64,000 nt of DNA. Source: Kofleriaceae bacterium (GTDB lineage: Bacteria > Myxococcota_A > Polyangia > Haliangiales > Haliangiaceae). Of the stretch, positions 9,113-19,712 are shown piece after piece (the first letter of the stretch is position 1; each line of letters starts with the position of its first letter). Where the stretch lies: NCBI GenBank assembly GCA_965215005.1, contig CBDCCZ010000054.1, positions 1-64,000 of the forward strand, in the 5' to 3' direction. Below the pieces are notes generated by a model that was not told where the DNA came from, ran no database searches, and saw only the letters and a program-made list of their open reading frames with translations. Both the position numbers and the translations under genes were made by a program.

Positions 9113-10119
9113 CCCGACGGCAGCGGCAACGACGAGGCGGCATTGAGCTCGAGGCCATCGGAACGACCTGCCGCCAGCGCGTGATATCCCGCGGCGGCGA
9201 TCATCGCAGCGTTGTCGGTGCAGCGCTTCGGCGGCGGCACGTAGACGGAAAACCCATCGGCATCGCCAGCCTCACGCATCGCGCGGCGCAGCTGCGAGTT
9301 GGCCGCTACGCCGCCGCAGACCTGCACGTGAGCAATACCTTCAGAACGCACCGCCTCACGAGTCTTGCGGACCAACACCTCGACCACGCACGCCTGAAAA
9401 CTGGCGCAAAAATCATTGAGAGCGGTGCCAGAAGGCACCCCTTGCGCGCGCACGTGGTTGAGCGCCGCGGTCTTTACGCCGCTGAATGAGAAGTCTAGGC
9501 CCGAGGCCTTGCCAGTCATCAGTCGAGGAAAGGCGACCGCGCTCGCATCGCCATCGGCGGCTAGACGGTCAATCACAACCCCGCCGGGATACCCCAAGCC
9601 GCAGAGCTTGGCGACCTTGTCAAACGCCTCGCCCGCCGCATCGTCTCGGGTGGCGCCGAGCTCCTCCATCCGGGCTGGAGCATCGACGCGAAGGATCGAC
9701 GAATGTCCCCCGGACACCACCAGAGCGAGATGGGGAAACGGTGGCGGGTTCGGCTCGAGATACACCGCGGAGAGATGCCCATGGAGATGATGAACGCCGA
9801 TTAGCGGAATCTGCCGGGCATACGCGATCGCCTTGGCCGTCTGCAGTGCAACCAGCAGCGCCCCGACCAAGCCAGGCCCACGAGTCACTGCAATGCCGTC
9901 GATATCCGCGAGCGTGAGCTGGGCGTGGTCGAGCGCAGCTCGCAGCACCGGCACTACGTGCGCAACATGAGCGCGCGAGGCGAGCTCCGGCACCACCCCG
10001 CCATACGGTGCATGCACCTCGTGTTGCGAGGCGACCAGGTCCGAAAGCACGCGGCAACCGTCTTCGACGACAGCGGCGGCGGTCTCATCGCACGAGCTCT
10101 CTAGCCCTAGAATGCGCAT
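9100..10119 (-). CDS. tsaD: tRNA t6A threonylcarbamoyltransferase TsaD
   Basis: MRILGLESSCDET, GGVVPELASRAH, VSGGH, DDAAGEAFDK, TDNAAMIA. Confidence 0.97.
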   Translation of the reverse strand: MRILGLESSCDETAAAVVEDGCRVLSDLVASQHEVHAPYGGVVPELASRAHVAHVVPVLRAALDHAQLTLADIDGIAVTRGPGLVGALLVALQTAKAIAYARQIPLIGVHHLHGHLSAVYLEPNPPPFPHLALVVSGGHSSILRVDAPARMEELGATRDDAAGEAFDKVAKLCGLGYPGGVVIDRLAADGDASAVAFPRLMTGKASGLDFSFSGVKTAALNHVRAQGVPSGTALNDFCASFQACVVEVLVRKTREAVRSEGIAHVQVCGGVAANSQLRRAMREAGDADGFSVYVPPPKRCTDNAAMIAAAGYHALAAGRSDGLELNAASSLPLPSGWPT

Positions 10120-10229
10120 GAAGCGGCGAACATAGCAGTTTTCGCGCGACTGACAGCACCGCGCCACGCTGTCCCGCGCCCGTGGAATTCATCGCAACAC
10201 CGGTAGCGGCTCGAGCTACATCCTGAACC

Positions 10230-12893
10230 TCAGTCAACCCCGAGCAAGCGGCGGATTTGCTCTGCACGAACTCCCCGCGGGCGCAGCGCGAGGTAGCGGC
10301 GATACGCTGATTCCGCGGCGCCCTGCTCTTCCCGCTCCCAGTGCAGTCCGCCTTTGGTAAGCCACGCGTCCGCATCGCGCGGATTTTCGCTCACAGCAGT
10401 CGTCGCCGCGGCCAGCGCCTCGTCGACATTCCCTAGCTCCCAAAGGATTTCGGCGCGGAGCCCGAGCGCCCGAGCGCTGCGACCCGCGGCCAGCGATGCG
10501 TCGATTTCTTCCAGCGCCCGATCATAATCGCCCCGATCGACCGCGACCCGCGCTCGCCGGTACCGCTCTTGTCCCGATGGCTGGATCGTTGCGACCGGCG
10601 CGGCCGACGGTGTTGAAGAAGACTCTGCCGCCGCCGCGGGGGACGGCGTTGGCGCACCGCTCGAACCCGTGAGCGCACTGCGGTCGGCCGCCGCAGCATC
10701 GAACACGAGCGCCTTCGAATCCGCGCGTTGGGCGGGCTCGATGCCGGCCGGTGCGACCGCGTCATGGCCGGTGGATGCCGTTTGCACCGGCTCCGAGGAG
10801 CCTGTTAGCGCTTCCCCGCCGGAGGCCTCGCTCCCGTCACTACCAAGCTGCGCCGCCGCGCGCACCATCACAATCGCGGCCAACAGGGCTGCTGCCCCTG
10901 CAGCGACCAGCGCTGACCGGCGCCATCGCTGGGGCCGCGCGATCTCATCGAAGGTCAGCGCGTCTAGCTCCACCGCTACCCGCGACTGCGTTCGCTCATG
11001 CTCCTGCTGCCGTTGAGAGACCGCTTGCCCATGCTCATCGTCGAGCTCCTCCGGGAGCACCGGGATGATCTCGCTCGTCGGTGTATCTCCGTCCCACGAG
11101 TCGTCCTCCGAGTCATCGAGGTCGTCGACCACCACCTTGCGCATCCCAGCATGCGACCGGCCCCGAAGGGGAGCAATCGTGACCAGCTCGCGCGCCGTAG
11201 ACGCTCGAGGTTCCTCGCGGCGCAGCGACACCTCTCCCGATACCGACGCCATGTCGGCTCCTGCGGAGGAGATCATCCGCGCCGGCCGATGCTCCTCGAG
11301 CACTACGCCGTCGTCGGTCTCAGGGATCGGCAACGGTGTCGCATCGCCTGCGTACTCATCGTCGAAATCGATCGTAATGGCGATACCCGGATTCGATTCG
11401 CACCGGTCTTCCTGGACCGGCGACTCCGCCTCGTCCTCGACCTCAGCGCTACTTGCCTCAGCATCCGTGGCGTTCGTTGCGGAGAAGATTCCGCCGCCAC
11501 CCTCTGTTGCGCTACTGCGCGGATCTCTAGTTCCTTCTGCCTCCAAGGCAACGTCCGCGGTCGCGCCCTCCTCGCGGGCCTCAGCCGCCGGCTCCTCGGA
11601 ACGCGGGTCTTGCTCCCTTCGCGCATCGCCGGTAGCCGCCCGGCTGAGACGCTCCTCCACGTCGGTGATTCTTGGGAGCCGCAGTCGTCGAAGCATCACC
11701 CGGCCAACAGCTGGAACGGGATCAGCGCGATCCTTCGCTTCCCCCATGGATGGGGAGTCCGGCGCCACCGCTACGTCCGTGGCGGCGGGCGATGAACCGC
11801 CGTCCGCCGCCATGGATGCCGACGGCGGACTTTCGGCGCCAGATGCCTGCACCTCCACGAGTGGAGGCTGTGTCGATGCGGAGTCGAGAGGCGAGATTTT
11901 AGACTCGCCATCGCTCTGCGGGGAGTTGGATAGCTCCGCATCATGCCCTTGCTCCGGCACCAGGAGCCCCGAGGCGAAGAGCTCGGCAATGGCCGTCAAG
12001 CTCTCCAACTCACCGCAACGGCCATCATCGACCACCTCAGCAATAGTGCGCCGGCCGTCGAACAACTTGATTAGCCCATTCAGCTCATCCCGCAGCTCGG
12101 GAAGCTGCTCCGCCAGTTTCGTTGGCTCCACAACGAATCGCGCCGCGAGCGGCGGCAACTGGGCGAGCAACCGGAGTCGCTCATCAAGCCGCCGCATGCC
12201 CTCCATCAGCAGTCCTTGCGAGGAAGCAGCGATCACGTCGTTGCGACGAACTTGCCGAAACACCAGCTCAAACTCGCCTTGCGACCAGGTCAGTAGGCGA
12301 TAGAAGCCTTCCTCTCCCTGGAGATGCCCGAGCTCGCTGTCAATGACCTTGCCACCGCGGAAGAACACGGTCGCGCGGCTACCCGACTCCGAGGTTACCA
12401 ACAGCAACCCAGATTTCCGGCTCAGCTCGATCGTTTGGATGAGATCGGGAACGCCGAGGTCTTCCAGACTGCCGGCAAAGCGCGTTCGAGCATCGGGTGC
12501 TTTCGCGATGCGCGCCCGCTGCCGCTTACGCAACAACATCCGCACCCGCGTGAGGATCTCCTTGATGTAGATGGGCTTGGTGAGATAGTCCTCGACCCCC
12601 AGCTCCAGTCCACGAATCTTCTGCTCGATGGCGGCGTGCGCGGTTAAGAAGATGAATGGGATGTCGCAAGCGTTGGCATCACGTTTGAGTGCATCGCAGA
12701 ATGCGAAACCGTCCATCTTGGGCATCTCGACATCAGAGATGACGAGGTCTGGCAGCCGTGCCTGCACGTGCGCAAGAGCCTCGTGGCCGTCCCGCGCCAC
12801 GCGCACCTCGAAGCCAGCCTTGCGCAGCGACACCTGGAGAACCTGCAGGCTCCGTTCATCGGCATCGACGAGCAGTAAGCTGTGGGTTTCCAA
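10230..12893 (-). CDS. Response regulator: REC + DUF4388/PatA_N-like domain + acidic linker + TM helix + C-terminal TPR
   Basis: REC motifs PDLVISDVEMPKMDG and YLTKP; FAGSLEDLGVPDLIQTI..RKSG; TM ALVAAGAAALLAAIVMV; TPR-like C-terminus. Confidence 0.8.
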   Translation of the reverse strand: METHSLLLVDADERSLQVLQVSLRKAGFEVRVARDGHEALAHVQARLPDLVISDVEMPKMDGFAFCDALKRDANACDIPFIFLTAHAAIEQKIRGLELGVEDYLTKPIYIKEILTRVRMLLRKRQRARIAKAPDARTRFAGSLEDLGVPDLIQTIELSRKSGLLLVTSESGSRATVFFRGGKVIDSELGHLQGEEGFYRLLTWSQGEFELVFRQVRRNDVIAASSQGLLMEGMRRLDERLRLLAQLPPLAARFVVEPTKLAEQLPELRDELNGLIKLFDGRRTIAEVVDDGRCGELESLTAIAELFASGLLVPEQGHDAELSNSPQSDGESKISPLDSASTQPPLVEVQASGAESPPSASMAADGGSSPAATDVAVAPDSPSMGEAKDRADPVPAVGRVMLRRLRLPRITDVEERLSRAATGDARREQDPRSEEPAAEAREEGATADVALEAEGTRDPRSSATEGGGGIFSATNATDAEASSAEVEDEAESPVQEDRCESNPGIAITIDFDDEYAGDATPLPIPETDDGVVLEEHRPARMISSAGADMASVSGEVSLRREEPRASTARELVTIAPLRGRSHAGMRKVVVDDLDDSEDDSWDGDTPTSEIIPVLPEELDDEHGQAVSQRQQEHERTQSRVAVELDALTFDEIARPQRWRRSALVAAGAAALLAAIVMVRAAAQLGSDGSEASGGEALTGSSEPVQTASTGHDAVAPAGIEPAQRADSKALVFDAAAADRSALTGSSGAPTPSPAAAAESSSTPSAAPVATIQPSGQERYRRARVAVDRGDYDRALEEIDASLAAGRSARALGLRAEILWELGNVDEALAAATTAVSENPRDADAWLTKGGLHWEREEQGAAESAYRRYLALRPRGVRAEQIRRLLGVD

Positions 12894-13475
12894 GTCTACG
12901 GTTGCCTTTGCCGTCGATCCGCTGTCACGACGTCACTTCCGCGCGGTCCCGCTCAAGCTCCCCCGCAGCGCCTCGCGACCAGTCGAGCAGAGAAATTCTA
13001 CACGTAAACCGGCCCACGCAGCCACGGGTCGCGGCGTCCGCGTCTTCTCCTGCGTCGGAGCTGTAGGGCGGGTGAGGTTCCCTGGCTACCGCGAGCCGTA
13101 ACGACGCAGATGTGCGCTGCAGCGTAGCCCGTCTCACCATCTGCTTGAGAACCACTCCAACCCAGCGCACCTGCGTGCGCCCAGCCCGACACTGCAGCAA
13201 CCCCGGTTGATGATGCGACTGGCTGTCCGCAGCGGTTCAGGCCCCGGACGGTTCCGGCACTCCTAGCGGGCCGTTCTAGGTGGCGAGCGTTCTGCACGAC
13301 CAGGAACGGACGCCATCACCCGGCCTCGGGTCTTGGTATCGTTGATCGGGCCGCAGGTTGACCCATAGCCTCGACGGTAGCGGCATGCCTGCGCCTGAGA
13401 CCATCGCCAGGCTCTCGTCGAGGAGTGACTATTTTTCGACGTTGCGCGCCCTCGTGCGCGAGTTCACGGCGGCCA

Positions 13476-13606
13476 CGCACAAGCCATTCACAGCCTTCGC
13501 ATCGCGGATAAGCTGCTTCCAGTGTGCCAGGCTCTGTTCGGCCCGCGAATCCGCGCACAATTCGTTCGGTCCTTCGCATCGGCAAGTGAGCTGCTTCCGA
13601 TGTAGC
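13476..13606. repeat. Degenerate ~77-bp tandem duplication (core CCTTCGCATCG...AGCTGCTTCC)
   Basis: Cores at 13494-13520 and 13571-13598. Confidence 0.7.
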
Positions 13607-13630
13607 GGGCGTTCCTGCTAGGAGGTAGTA

Positions 13631-14257
13631 GTGCCCTCGCTAAAGCAAGACCTGCGCGCAGCGGTCGGATCACTGGAGATACAGCTCACGCCGGAGATGT
13701 ATGACGCCCTACTCGCTTACCTGGAGCTTCTGCAGACCTGGAATGCGCGCATTAACCTCACGGCCACTCGCGAAGCATCCGAGCTGCTGCATCTTCATCT
13801 CGTCGATTCTCTGATATTGGCCACGCATCTGCCGGCTGGGACGGGGGACGTTATTGACGTGGGATCGGGCGGCGGATTCCCTGCGATTCCCACCGCCATT
13901 CTGCGATCCGACCTGCGCGTTGTAGCGATCGAGCCCGTCCACAAGAAGCACGCGTTTCTGTCCACCGCTCGACGCGAGCTGGGACTAGCTAATTTTAAGG
14001 CTATGCCAATACGCGAGTCCGCTGTCGCGGATAGCTCTTACGACCTCGCCACGTCCCGCGCAACCTTCGATATCGCGACGTGGTTTCGGATTGGCCAGCG
14101 GCTGGTGAAACCGGCCGGCTGCGTCTTTGCCATGGAGGGCATTCCCGAGCTCTCTTTACCCGAGGGTGTCGTTCGGCAGCCCTACCAGCTTCCCGGTGCT
14201 CCGACACGCAGTCGCGCGATCCTTCGCTGGCCCGCGGGCCCCGGTGAGGCGCAATAG
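13631..14257 (+). CDS. rsmG: 16S rRNA m7G527 methyltransferase GidB
   Basis: WNARINLT, HLVDSL, DVGSGGGFP, SRA; SD GGAGG. Confidence 0.93.
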   Translation: MPSLKQDLRAAVGSLEIQLTPEMYDALLAYLELLQTWNARINLTATREASELLHLHLVDSLILATHLPAGTGDVIDVGSGGGFPAIPTAILRSDLRVVAIEPVHKKHAFLSTARRELGLANFKAMPIRESAVADSSYDLATSRATFDIATWFRIGQRLVKPAGCVFAMEGIPELSLPEGVVRQPYQLPGAPTRSRAILRWPAGPGEAQ

Positions 14258-14388
14258 GCTGGTCTCCAGCGACGCGCCCCGTGCTTGTCACGGGTGGAAG
14301 TGCTACGCAGACGCTATATCCGGGGCGAGACCACGCGTATGCAGAGCTCCATCGCGAGGCTCTTCCTGTGCGCTTGCGTTCACCACGA

Positions 14389-14404
14389 CGTTCCACGTGG
14401 AACG
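14389..14404. promoter_or_regulatory. parS: parS centromere site CGTTCCACGTGGAACG
   Basis: Perfect 16-bp palindrome matching the chromosomal parS consensus, intergenic, near oriC. Confidence 0.9.
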
Positions 14405-14657
14405 GTAATGATGGCCGAGCTCTCCCAGACCTCAGGATCCTCAGCATTCGCGCCAACGACGCGTTCAACTCCCGCCGAGAGACGCCGGAGCACCTGGGGG
14501 CACCTTCGACTCCGTTGCGTTGGGGTGACGTGGGGCCCGCAACAGCCGAAAACCCATTCGTCCGGCCGCGACCTCAGGGTAAGCTCGCGGTTCCGTGTCA
14601 CTGCCCGAGTAGAATCTTCGGCCGGCACGGCTCGACCAGACGTCGGGCCCGGCCCAC

Positions 14658-14673
14658 CGTTCCACGTGGAACG
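14658..14673. promoter_or_regulatory. parS: parS centromere site CGTTCCACGTGGAACG (followed by a half site CGTGGAAC)
   Basis: Identical palindrome 269 bp from the first. Confidence 0.9.
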
Positions 14674-14713
14674 TCAGCGTGGAACCCAGAGCCAGCGGGT
14701 CACGTTCAGCGAT

Positions 14714-16057
14714 CTAGAGTAGCTCACTGAGCGCCGACGCCACCGACGTCACCAGGAGCTCAAGCTCTTGGCGAGTGATCGAAAGCGGGGGCATCAGCAC
14801 CACGACATCACCGAGCGGCCGCAAGATGACACCGTGGCGGCGAACCGCGTCACAGACACGCGCGCCGACGGCTTCCCGAGCTTCGAACGGCCGCCGAGCC
14901 GCCGGATCTGCCATGAGCTCTATCCCCACCATCAATCCGCACTGGCGGATGTCCGCCACTGCGGGATGCGCGGCCACGTGCTCTCTAAGCAGTACACCCA
15001 TGTCCGGAACGAGCGTCGACTCAACCCGGTTGAGAACGTCTTCGGTTTCGAACAGCCGCAGCGAAGCCACGCCTGCCGCACATGCTAGCGGATTCCCAGT
15101 ATAGGTATGACCGTGAAAGAAGGCTCGACTGTCGCTGCGGTGACCGAGGAACGCTGAGTAGACCTCCTCGGTCGTCAAGGTCGCGGCTAGCGGCAGGTAC
15201 CCGCCGCTGATCCCCTTGGCCAGACACATGAAGTCCGGCGCGACGTCTTCGTGCTCACAAGCGAACATGCGCCCGGTGCGGCCGAAGCCAGTCGCCACCT
15301 CGTCGGCAATCAGCAGCACCTCGTGTGCCCGACACAACTCACGAACACCCCGCAGAAATCCCCGTGGGTGAACGATCATTCCCCCCGCCCCCTGCACACA
15401 CGGCTCTACGATGACCGCGGCGAGCTCCTCGCCACGATGTTCGAGCAGCTCCTGCAGAGCGGCCAGCGAAGCGGCAGAAACCTCCGCAGGACTCCGCTCT
15501 GGGTGGTGAAACGGATGCGGAGTGGGCACGACGAACGAGTCCACCAACAGCGGCGCAAAGATACGGTGGAAGATTTCGATGCCGCCGACCGCCACCGCAC
15601 CGAGCGTGTCTCCGTGATACGCCTCGCTCAGGTGCACGAAGCGCCGCTTGTTGGGCTTGCCGCGCAGCTGCCAGTATTGGAACGCCTGCTTAAGCGCGAT
15701 TTCCACCGCCGTTGAGCCTGAGTCCGAGTAGAACACTTTACTCAATGGCTCGGGGCTGAGCTCAACAAGGCGTTCCGCTAGCTCGATGGACGGCACGTTG
15801 GCTAGTCCGAGCAACGTGCTGTGCGCAACCCGACCCAGTTGAGCCTCAATGGCCGCGTTGAGCTCCGCGCGATTGTGCCCGTGAACGTTGGTCCACAGCG
15901 ACGAAACCCCGTCGAGATAGCGGCGGCCGGCGACATCGACGAGATAGTTGCCTTCACCACGTTCGATAACGAGGGGCTCTCCCGCGCACCATTCCTGCAT
16001 CTGCGTAAAGGGATGCCAGACGTAACGCTTATCGCGGTCCACCAGGTCGCGGTCCAT
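14714..16057 (-). CDS. bioA: Adenosylmethionine-8-amino-7-oxononanoate aminotransferase
   Basis: [53 protein letters not shown]. Confidence 0.95.
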   Translation of the reverse strand: MDRDLVDRDKRYVWHPFTQMQEWCAGEPLVIERGEGNYLVDVAGRRYLDGVSSLWTNVHGHNRAELNAAIEAQLGRVAHSTLLGLANVPSIELAERLVELSPEPLSKVFYSDSGSTAVEIALKQAFQYWQLRGKPNKRRFVHLSEAYHGDTLGAVAVGGIEIFHRIFAPLLVDSFVVPTPHPFHHPERSPAEVSAASLAALQELLEHRGEELAAVIVEPCVQGAGGMIVHPRGFLRGVRELCRAHEVLLIADEVATGFGRTGRMFACEHEDVAPDFMCLAKGISGGYLPLAATLTTEEVYSAFLGHRSDSRAFFHGHTYTGNPLACAAGVASLRLFETEDVLNRVESTLVPDMGVLLREHVAAHPAVADIRQCGLMVGIELMADPAARRPFEAREAVGARVCDAVRRHGVILRPLGDVVVLMPPLSITRQELELLVTSVASALSELL

Positions 16058-17264
16058 CGGCCCCTTCTAACATGCCTCTGCGCCGCAGGCGCTCCAGCAC
16101 CTCTAGAGCAAGGTCGAGCTGCTCGGGGGTGTGGCTCGACATCAAGGCAAACCGCAAGCGCGCGGTTCCCTCGGGCACGGTTGGTGGCCGTATTCCCTGA
16201 GCGAATACTCCGGCGGCAAGAAGCTCCTCACAGCAGGCCATGACGCGTCTGTCATCACCGACGACGACTGGAAATATGGGCGTCTTGCCGGCCCCTGGGA
16301 CCAGCAACCCGATACCCGACAAACCTGCGGCGAATCGCGCCTGCAGCACTACCAGCTGAGCTCGCCGCTGCGCCCCCTCGAGCGAACCAGCGATTGCCAG
16401 CGCTGCGCGCGAAGCGGCGACAATCGCAGGTGGCAACGCGGTCGTGAAGATCAGGCTCCGCGCCCGATTCAACAAAACCTCCGCGAGCTCCTCGCTGCCT
16501 GCCACGTACGCCCCGAATGAACCCAGTGCCTTACCGAGTGTTCCGACGTGAACCGCCGGCTGGACACCAACTTGTGCAGACAGACCTCGACCTGCTCCAA
16601 GCACTCCAGTTGCGTGCGCCTCGTCAATCACGAGCCACGCCTCGTTTGCTTCAGCAACCCCCGCCAACTCTGCGAGAGGAGCGCAGTCGCCGTCCATCGA
16701 AAATACCGAGTCCGTGACCAGCAGCCGCCGCCTCGCGTGCTTATGTCGCTCCAATGCCGCCGCCGCGACGCCAACATCGGCGTGCGGGTATATCTCAACC
16801 TTGGCGCGCGACAAGCGGACGCCGTCGATGATGGACGCATGGTTGAGCGAATCAGAAACGACCACGTCATCGGGACCCACCAACGCGGTTAGAACGCCTA
16901 CGTTGGCGTTGTACCCGGAGTTGAAGAGCCGCGTAGCCCCCGCTTCGTGCCAAGCCGCTAGCTCCGCTTCGAGCGCTTCGTGCTCGTTCTCGTTGCCGAC
17001 CACGAGCCGCGAGGCGCCAGCGCCTACGCCTGCTCGTGACAGCGCCTGCGCCGCCGCGGCCACCACAGTCGGATGCGCAGCAAGGTCGAGGTAATTGTTA
17101 GAAGAGAAATTGATTACCTGAGCGCCGCCCAAGGTGATGACTGGGCCCTGCGCTCCCGTAATCCGCCGCAGGCCGCGGCGGCGGCCAACCCGCTCGAGCT
17201 CACGCAGTTCCTTCCGAAGCTGCTCCCGCACCCCGCCAGACTCTAAGGACTCGGGCTTCACCAT
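16029..17264 (-). CDS. bioF: 8-amino-7-oxononanoate synthase
   Basis: [43 protein letters not shown]. Confidence 0.95.
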   Translation of the reverse strand: MVKPESLESGGVREQLRKELRELERVGRRRGLRRITGAQGPVITLGGAQVINFSSNNYLDLAAHPTVVAAAAQALSRAGVGAGASRLVVGNENEHEALEAELAAWHEAGATRLFNSGYNANVGVLTALVGPDDVVVSDSLNHASIIDGVRLSRAKVEIYPHADVGVAAAALERHKHARRRLLVTDSVFSMDGDCAPLAELAGVAEANEAWLVIDEAHATGVLGAGRGLSAQVGVQPAVHVGTLGKALGSFGAYVAGSEELAEVLLNRARSLIFTTALPPAIVAASRAALAIAGSLEGAQRRAQLVVLQARFAAGLSGIGLLVPGAGKTPIFPVVVGDDRRVMACCEELLAAGVFAQGIRPPTVPEGTARLRFALMSSHTPEQLDLALEVLERLRRRGMLEGADGPRPGGPR

Positions 17265-17371
17265 GCAATTCCTTCTACCCTTGCCTGCCCCATCCAGAAG
17301 ATTGCAAGAATGTCCCCGCTCTCGCAGTGCTGGCCAACTCGGGCAGAGTCAGCCGCCACCTGAGGACAGTG

Positions 17372-18691
17372 CTACTTGCCGATGCAAAACCGAGCGAAAA
17401 GCGCATCGAGCACCTCTTCGCCAACCTGCTCGCCCAGCACCGCAGCAAGAGCTTCTGTCGCCGTTCGCACATCCAACGCGATCATCTCCGTTGGCATGGC
17501 GGCGTCCACTCCCGCCGCCGCCTCAAGCAGCGCGTCCCGGCTGGCGACTAGCTGCGCTCGCTGTCGCTCGCTCGTGACCACCTCTCCAGCGTCGCCTTGT
17601 GCGCACCCATCTGAGGCCATTTCAAGGACGGCCGCCTTGAGCTCCGCGAGCCCGGCGCCGGTGTGCGACGAGGTCACCAAACACGCTGGACGCCCGGTCA
17701 ACAGATCACCTTTGCTCGCCACATGCAACTCGCCGGGCGCTGGCCGCTCCGGAACCGCCAGCGGCGCTGCGCCGTCGTGCAGGACCACGCGAACGTCAGC
17801 TCGCCGGGCCCGCGCGCGTCCCAGCTCGATACCCCGCGCTTCTACCTCCGAGCTGGCCTCACGCAGACCCGCCGTGTCGATGAGCGTCACCGGCACGCCG
17901 TCCCACACCACCGCGGCATCCACGAAGTCGCGGGTAGTACCCGGCTCCTCAGCGACCAACGCTCGCTCCTCCTCCAGTAAAGCGTTGAGAAGACTGGACT
18001 TTCCCGCATTGGCCGGCCCGGTGAGGGCAACCTGGAGCCCGTCGCGAAGCAGCCTGCCAACCCCGTAAGTCGCCGCCAACGCTCCGACCTTCTCCGCCAA
18101 AGCCGCCGCCCGCGCGCCCACCTCTCGCGCAGCCAAATAGGCGTTATCCTCCTCGGGGAAGTCGATGCACGCTTCAACCTCCGCGAGCAACTCGGTCGCG
18201 CACTCACGAAGCTGTCGAACCCGTTGGCCCAGCCGGCCCTCGAGTTGCCCTTGCGCCACCCGCCAGGCGCGTTCGCTACCCGCGCGGATCACCTCCAACA
18301 ACGCCTCCGCCCGCGGCAGATCGAGCTTGCCGTTTTGTAACGCTCGACGAGTGAACTCTCCCGGCTCTGCCAAGCGGGCACCGCGCTCCAGCACGCATCG
18401 AAGTAACACGCGCATGTTCACGCGCCCGCCGTGCCCGTGGAGCTCCGCCACGTCCTCTCCGGTGAAAGACCGCGGGGCGCGCATCACCACGATGAGCACC
18501 TCGTCAACGCGGATGCCCTCGCGATCCCGAACCACACCGCGACGCAGTTGCCTGTCCACCAACGTCGACGCCTCGCAGCCCACTAGCTCTGACGCGATGT
18601 CGACCGCGCGGACGCCGCTGAGGCGCACGATCCCCACCCCACCTTCGCCCGGGGGCGTCGCCATCGCCGCTATCGTTTCCGGTTCAGTCAA
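17372..18691 (-). CDS. mnmE: tRNA modification GTPase MnmE/TrmE
   Basis: [39 protein letters not shown]-terminal FCIGK. Confidence 0.97.
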   Translation of the reverse strand: MTEPETIAAMATPPGEGGVGIVRLSGVRAVDIASELVGCEASTLVDRQLRRGVVRDREGIRVDEVLIVVMRAPRSFTGEDVAELHGHGGRVNMRVLLRCVLERGARLAEPGEFTRRALQNGKLDLPRAEALLEVIRAGSERAWRVAQGQLEGRLGQRVRQLRECATELLAEVEACIDFPEEDNAYLAAREVGARAAALAEKVGALAATYGVGRLLRDGLQVALTGPANAGKSSLLNALLEEERALVAEEPGTTRDFVDAAVVWDGVPVTLIDTAGLREASSEVEARGIELGRARARRADVRVVLHDGAAPLAVPERPAPGELHVASKGDLLTGRPACLVTSSHTGAGLAELKAAVLEMASDGCAQGDAGEVVTSERQRAQLVASRDALLEAAAGVDAAMPTEMIALDVRTATEALAAVLGEQVGEEVLDALFARFCIGK

Positions 18692-18760
18692 GTTGCGCTC
18701 CCCTCTGTGCCATCGTGCTGTCTACCGCGCACTTCCGGAAAACGCGCCTCAGCCACTGGA

Positions 18761-18970
18761 AATGCCTTCGCGGCCATTGCGACCACCGTAGCTCGGTCAG
18801 CTCTGGTTATCGCCTGGGCCCGCCCCTGCCTATCGCGCATGCGCCGCCGCAAGACACTCTTTGAGAAGATTGCCTTTGCGGCCAATGCCACCACCGCAGC
18901 CCAGTCCGCCCGCGAGCTGCGCCGGACCCACCATTGCCTATCGCGCATTGGCGCCGGCGCAAGGCGCTCA
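18761..18970. repeat. Degenerate 108-bp tandem duplication between jag and mnmE
   Basis: TGCCTTYGCGGCCA at 18763/18871 and TGCCTATCGCGCAT at 18827/18935. Confidence 0.75.
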
Positions 18971-19181
18971 TTCCCAGGTCTCAAGACCCCGGTGACGGGT
19001 CTCTGTCGGCCGACCTGTCTTCGCGCAGAACCCCGCGCACAGCGGACGCGGGCTCGGCGAGCCGAGACGCCGCTACACGCTGTCGCCAATCCTATAGATC
19101 GGAGGGTAGAGAGCGGCTCCCCGACGCCTGCAGTGTAGGCGCCCGCGCCGCGCCAACTCCCACACCGTCCGCGGCCACACC

Positions 19182-19703
19182 TCAGTCGGCTGCAGCTCCC
19201 GCCGCGTCACCCTGTTCCGGGACCACCAGAATATGGCGTTCATCCCCTTCGCCCTCACTGCGGGTGGAGACACCTTCCATCTCTGCAAGGGCCATATGAA
19301 CAACCCGGCGATCGTGAGCGCTCATGGGATTGAGCTCGACGATCTCTCCCGTCTTGCGAGCCTTCTCTGCCGAGCGCGCTGCGAGCGCCTGCAGCCGCTC
19401 CACGTGACGTTCACGGTAGCCGTCGGCATCGACGATGATGGCCTTGCCTCGACCGGGCCCGCGCTCGCGGAACGAAATCTTGCTCACCAGGTGCTGCAGC
19501 GCGTCGATCACTTGCCCTTTGCGTCCGGTCAAAAGCTCGACGTCGTCGCAATCGATATCCAAAACGATCCTGTCCTCTTCCTCCCGGACCTCAACATCGG
19601 CATCTAACTCCATGCGCTCGAGGATCCCCTCGAGAAACTCGCGAGCCTGCTCGACCACGTCATCCGCACCTAAATCGTGCTCGTTCACGGTAGCTCCGTT
19701 CAT
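19182..19703 (-). CDS. jag: Jag/KhpB (EloR) RNA-binding protein, KH + R3H, no Jag_N domain
   Basis: [31 protein letters not shown]; downstream of yidC. Confidence 0.92.
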   Translation of the reverse strand: MNGATVNEHDLGADDVVEQAREFLEGILERMELDADVEVREEEDRIVLDIDCDDVELLTGRKGQVIDALQHLVSKISFRERGPGRGKAIIVDADGYRERHVERLQALAARSAEKARKTGEIVELNPMSAHDRRVVHMALAEMEGVSTRSEGEGDERHILVVPEQGDAAGAAAD

Positions 19704-19712
19704 CGTTGCGCT

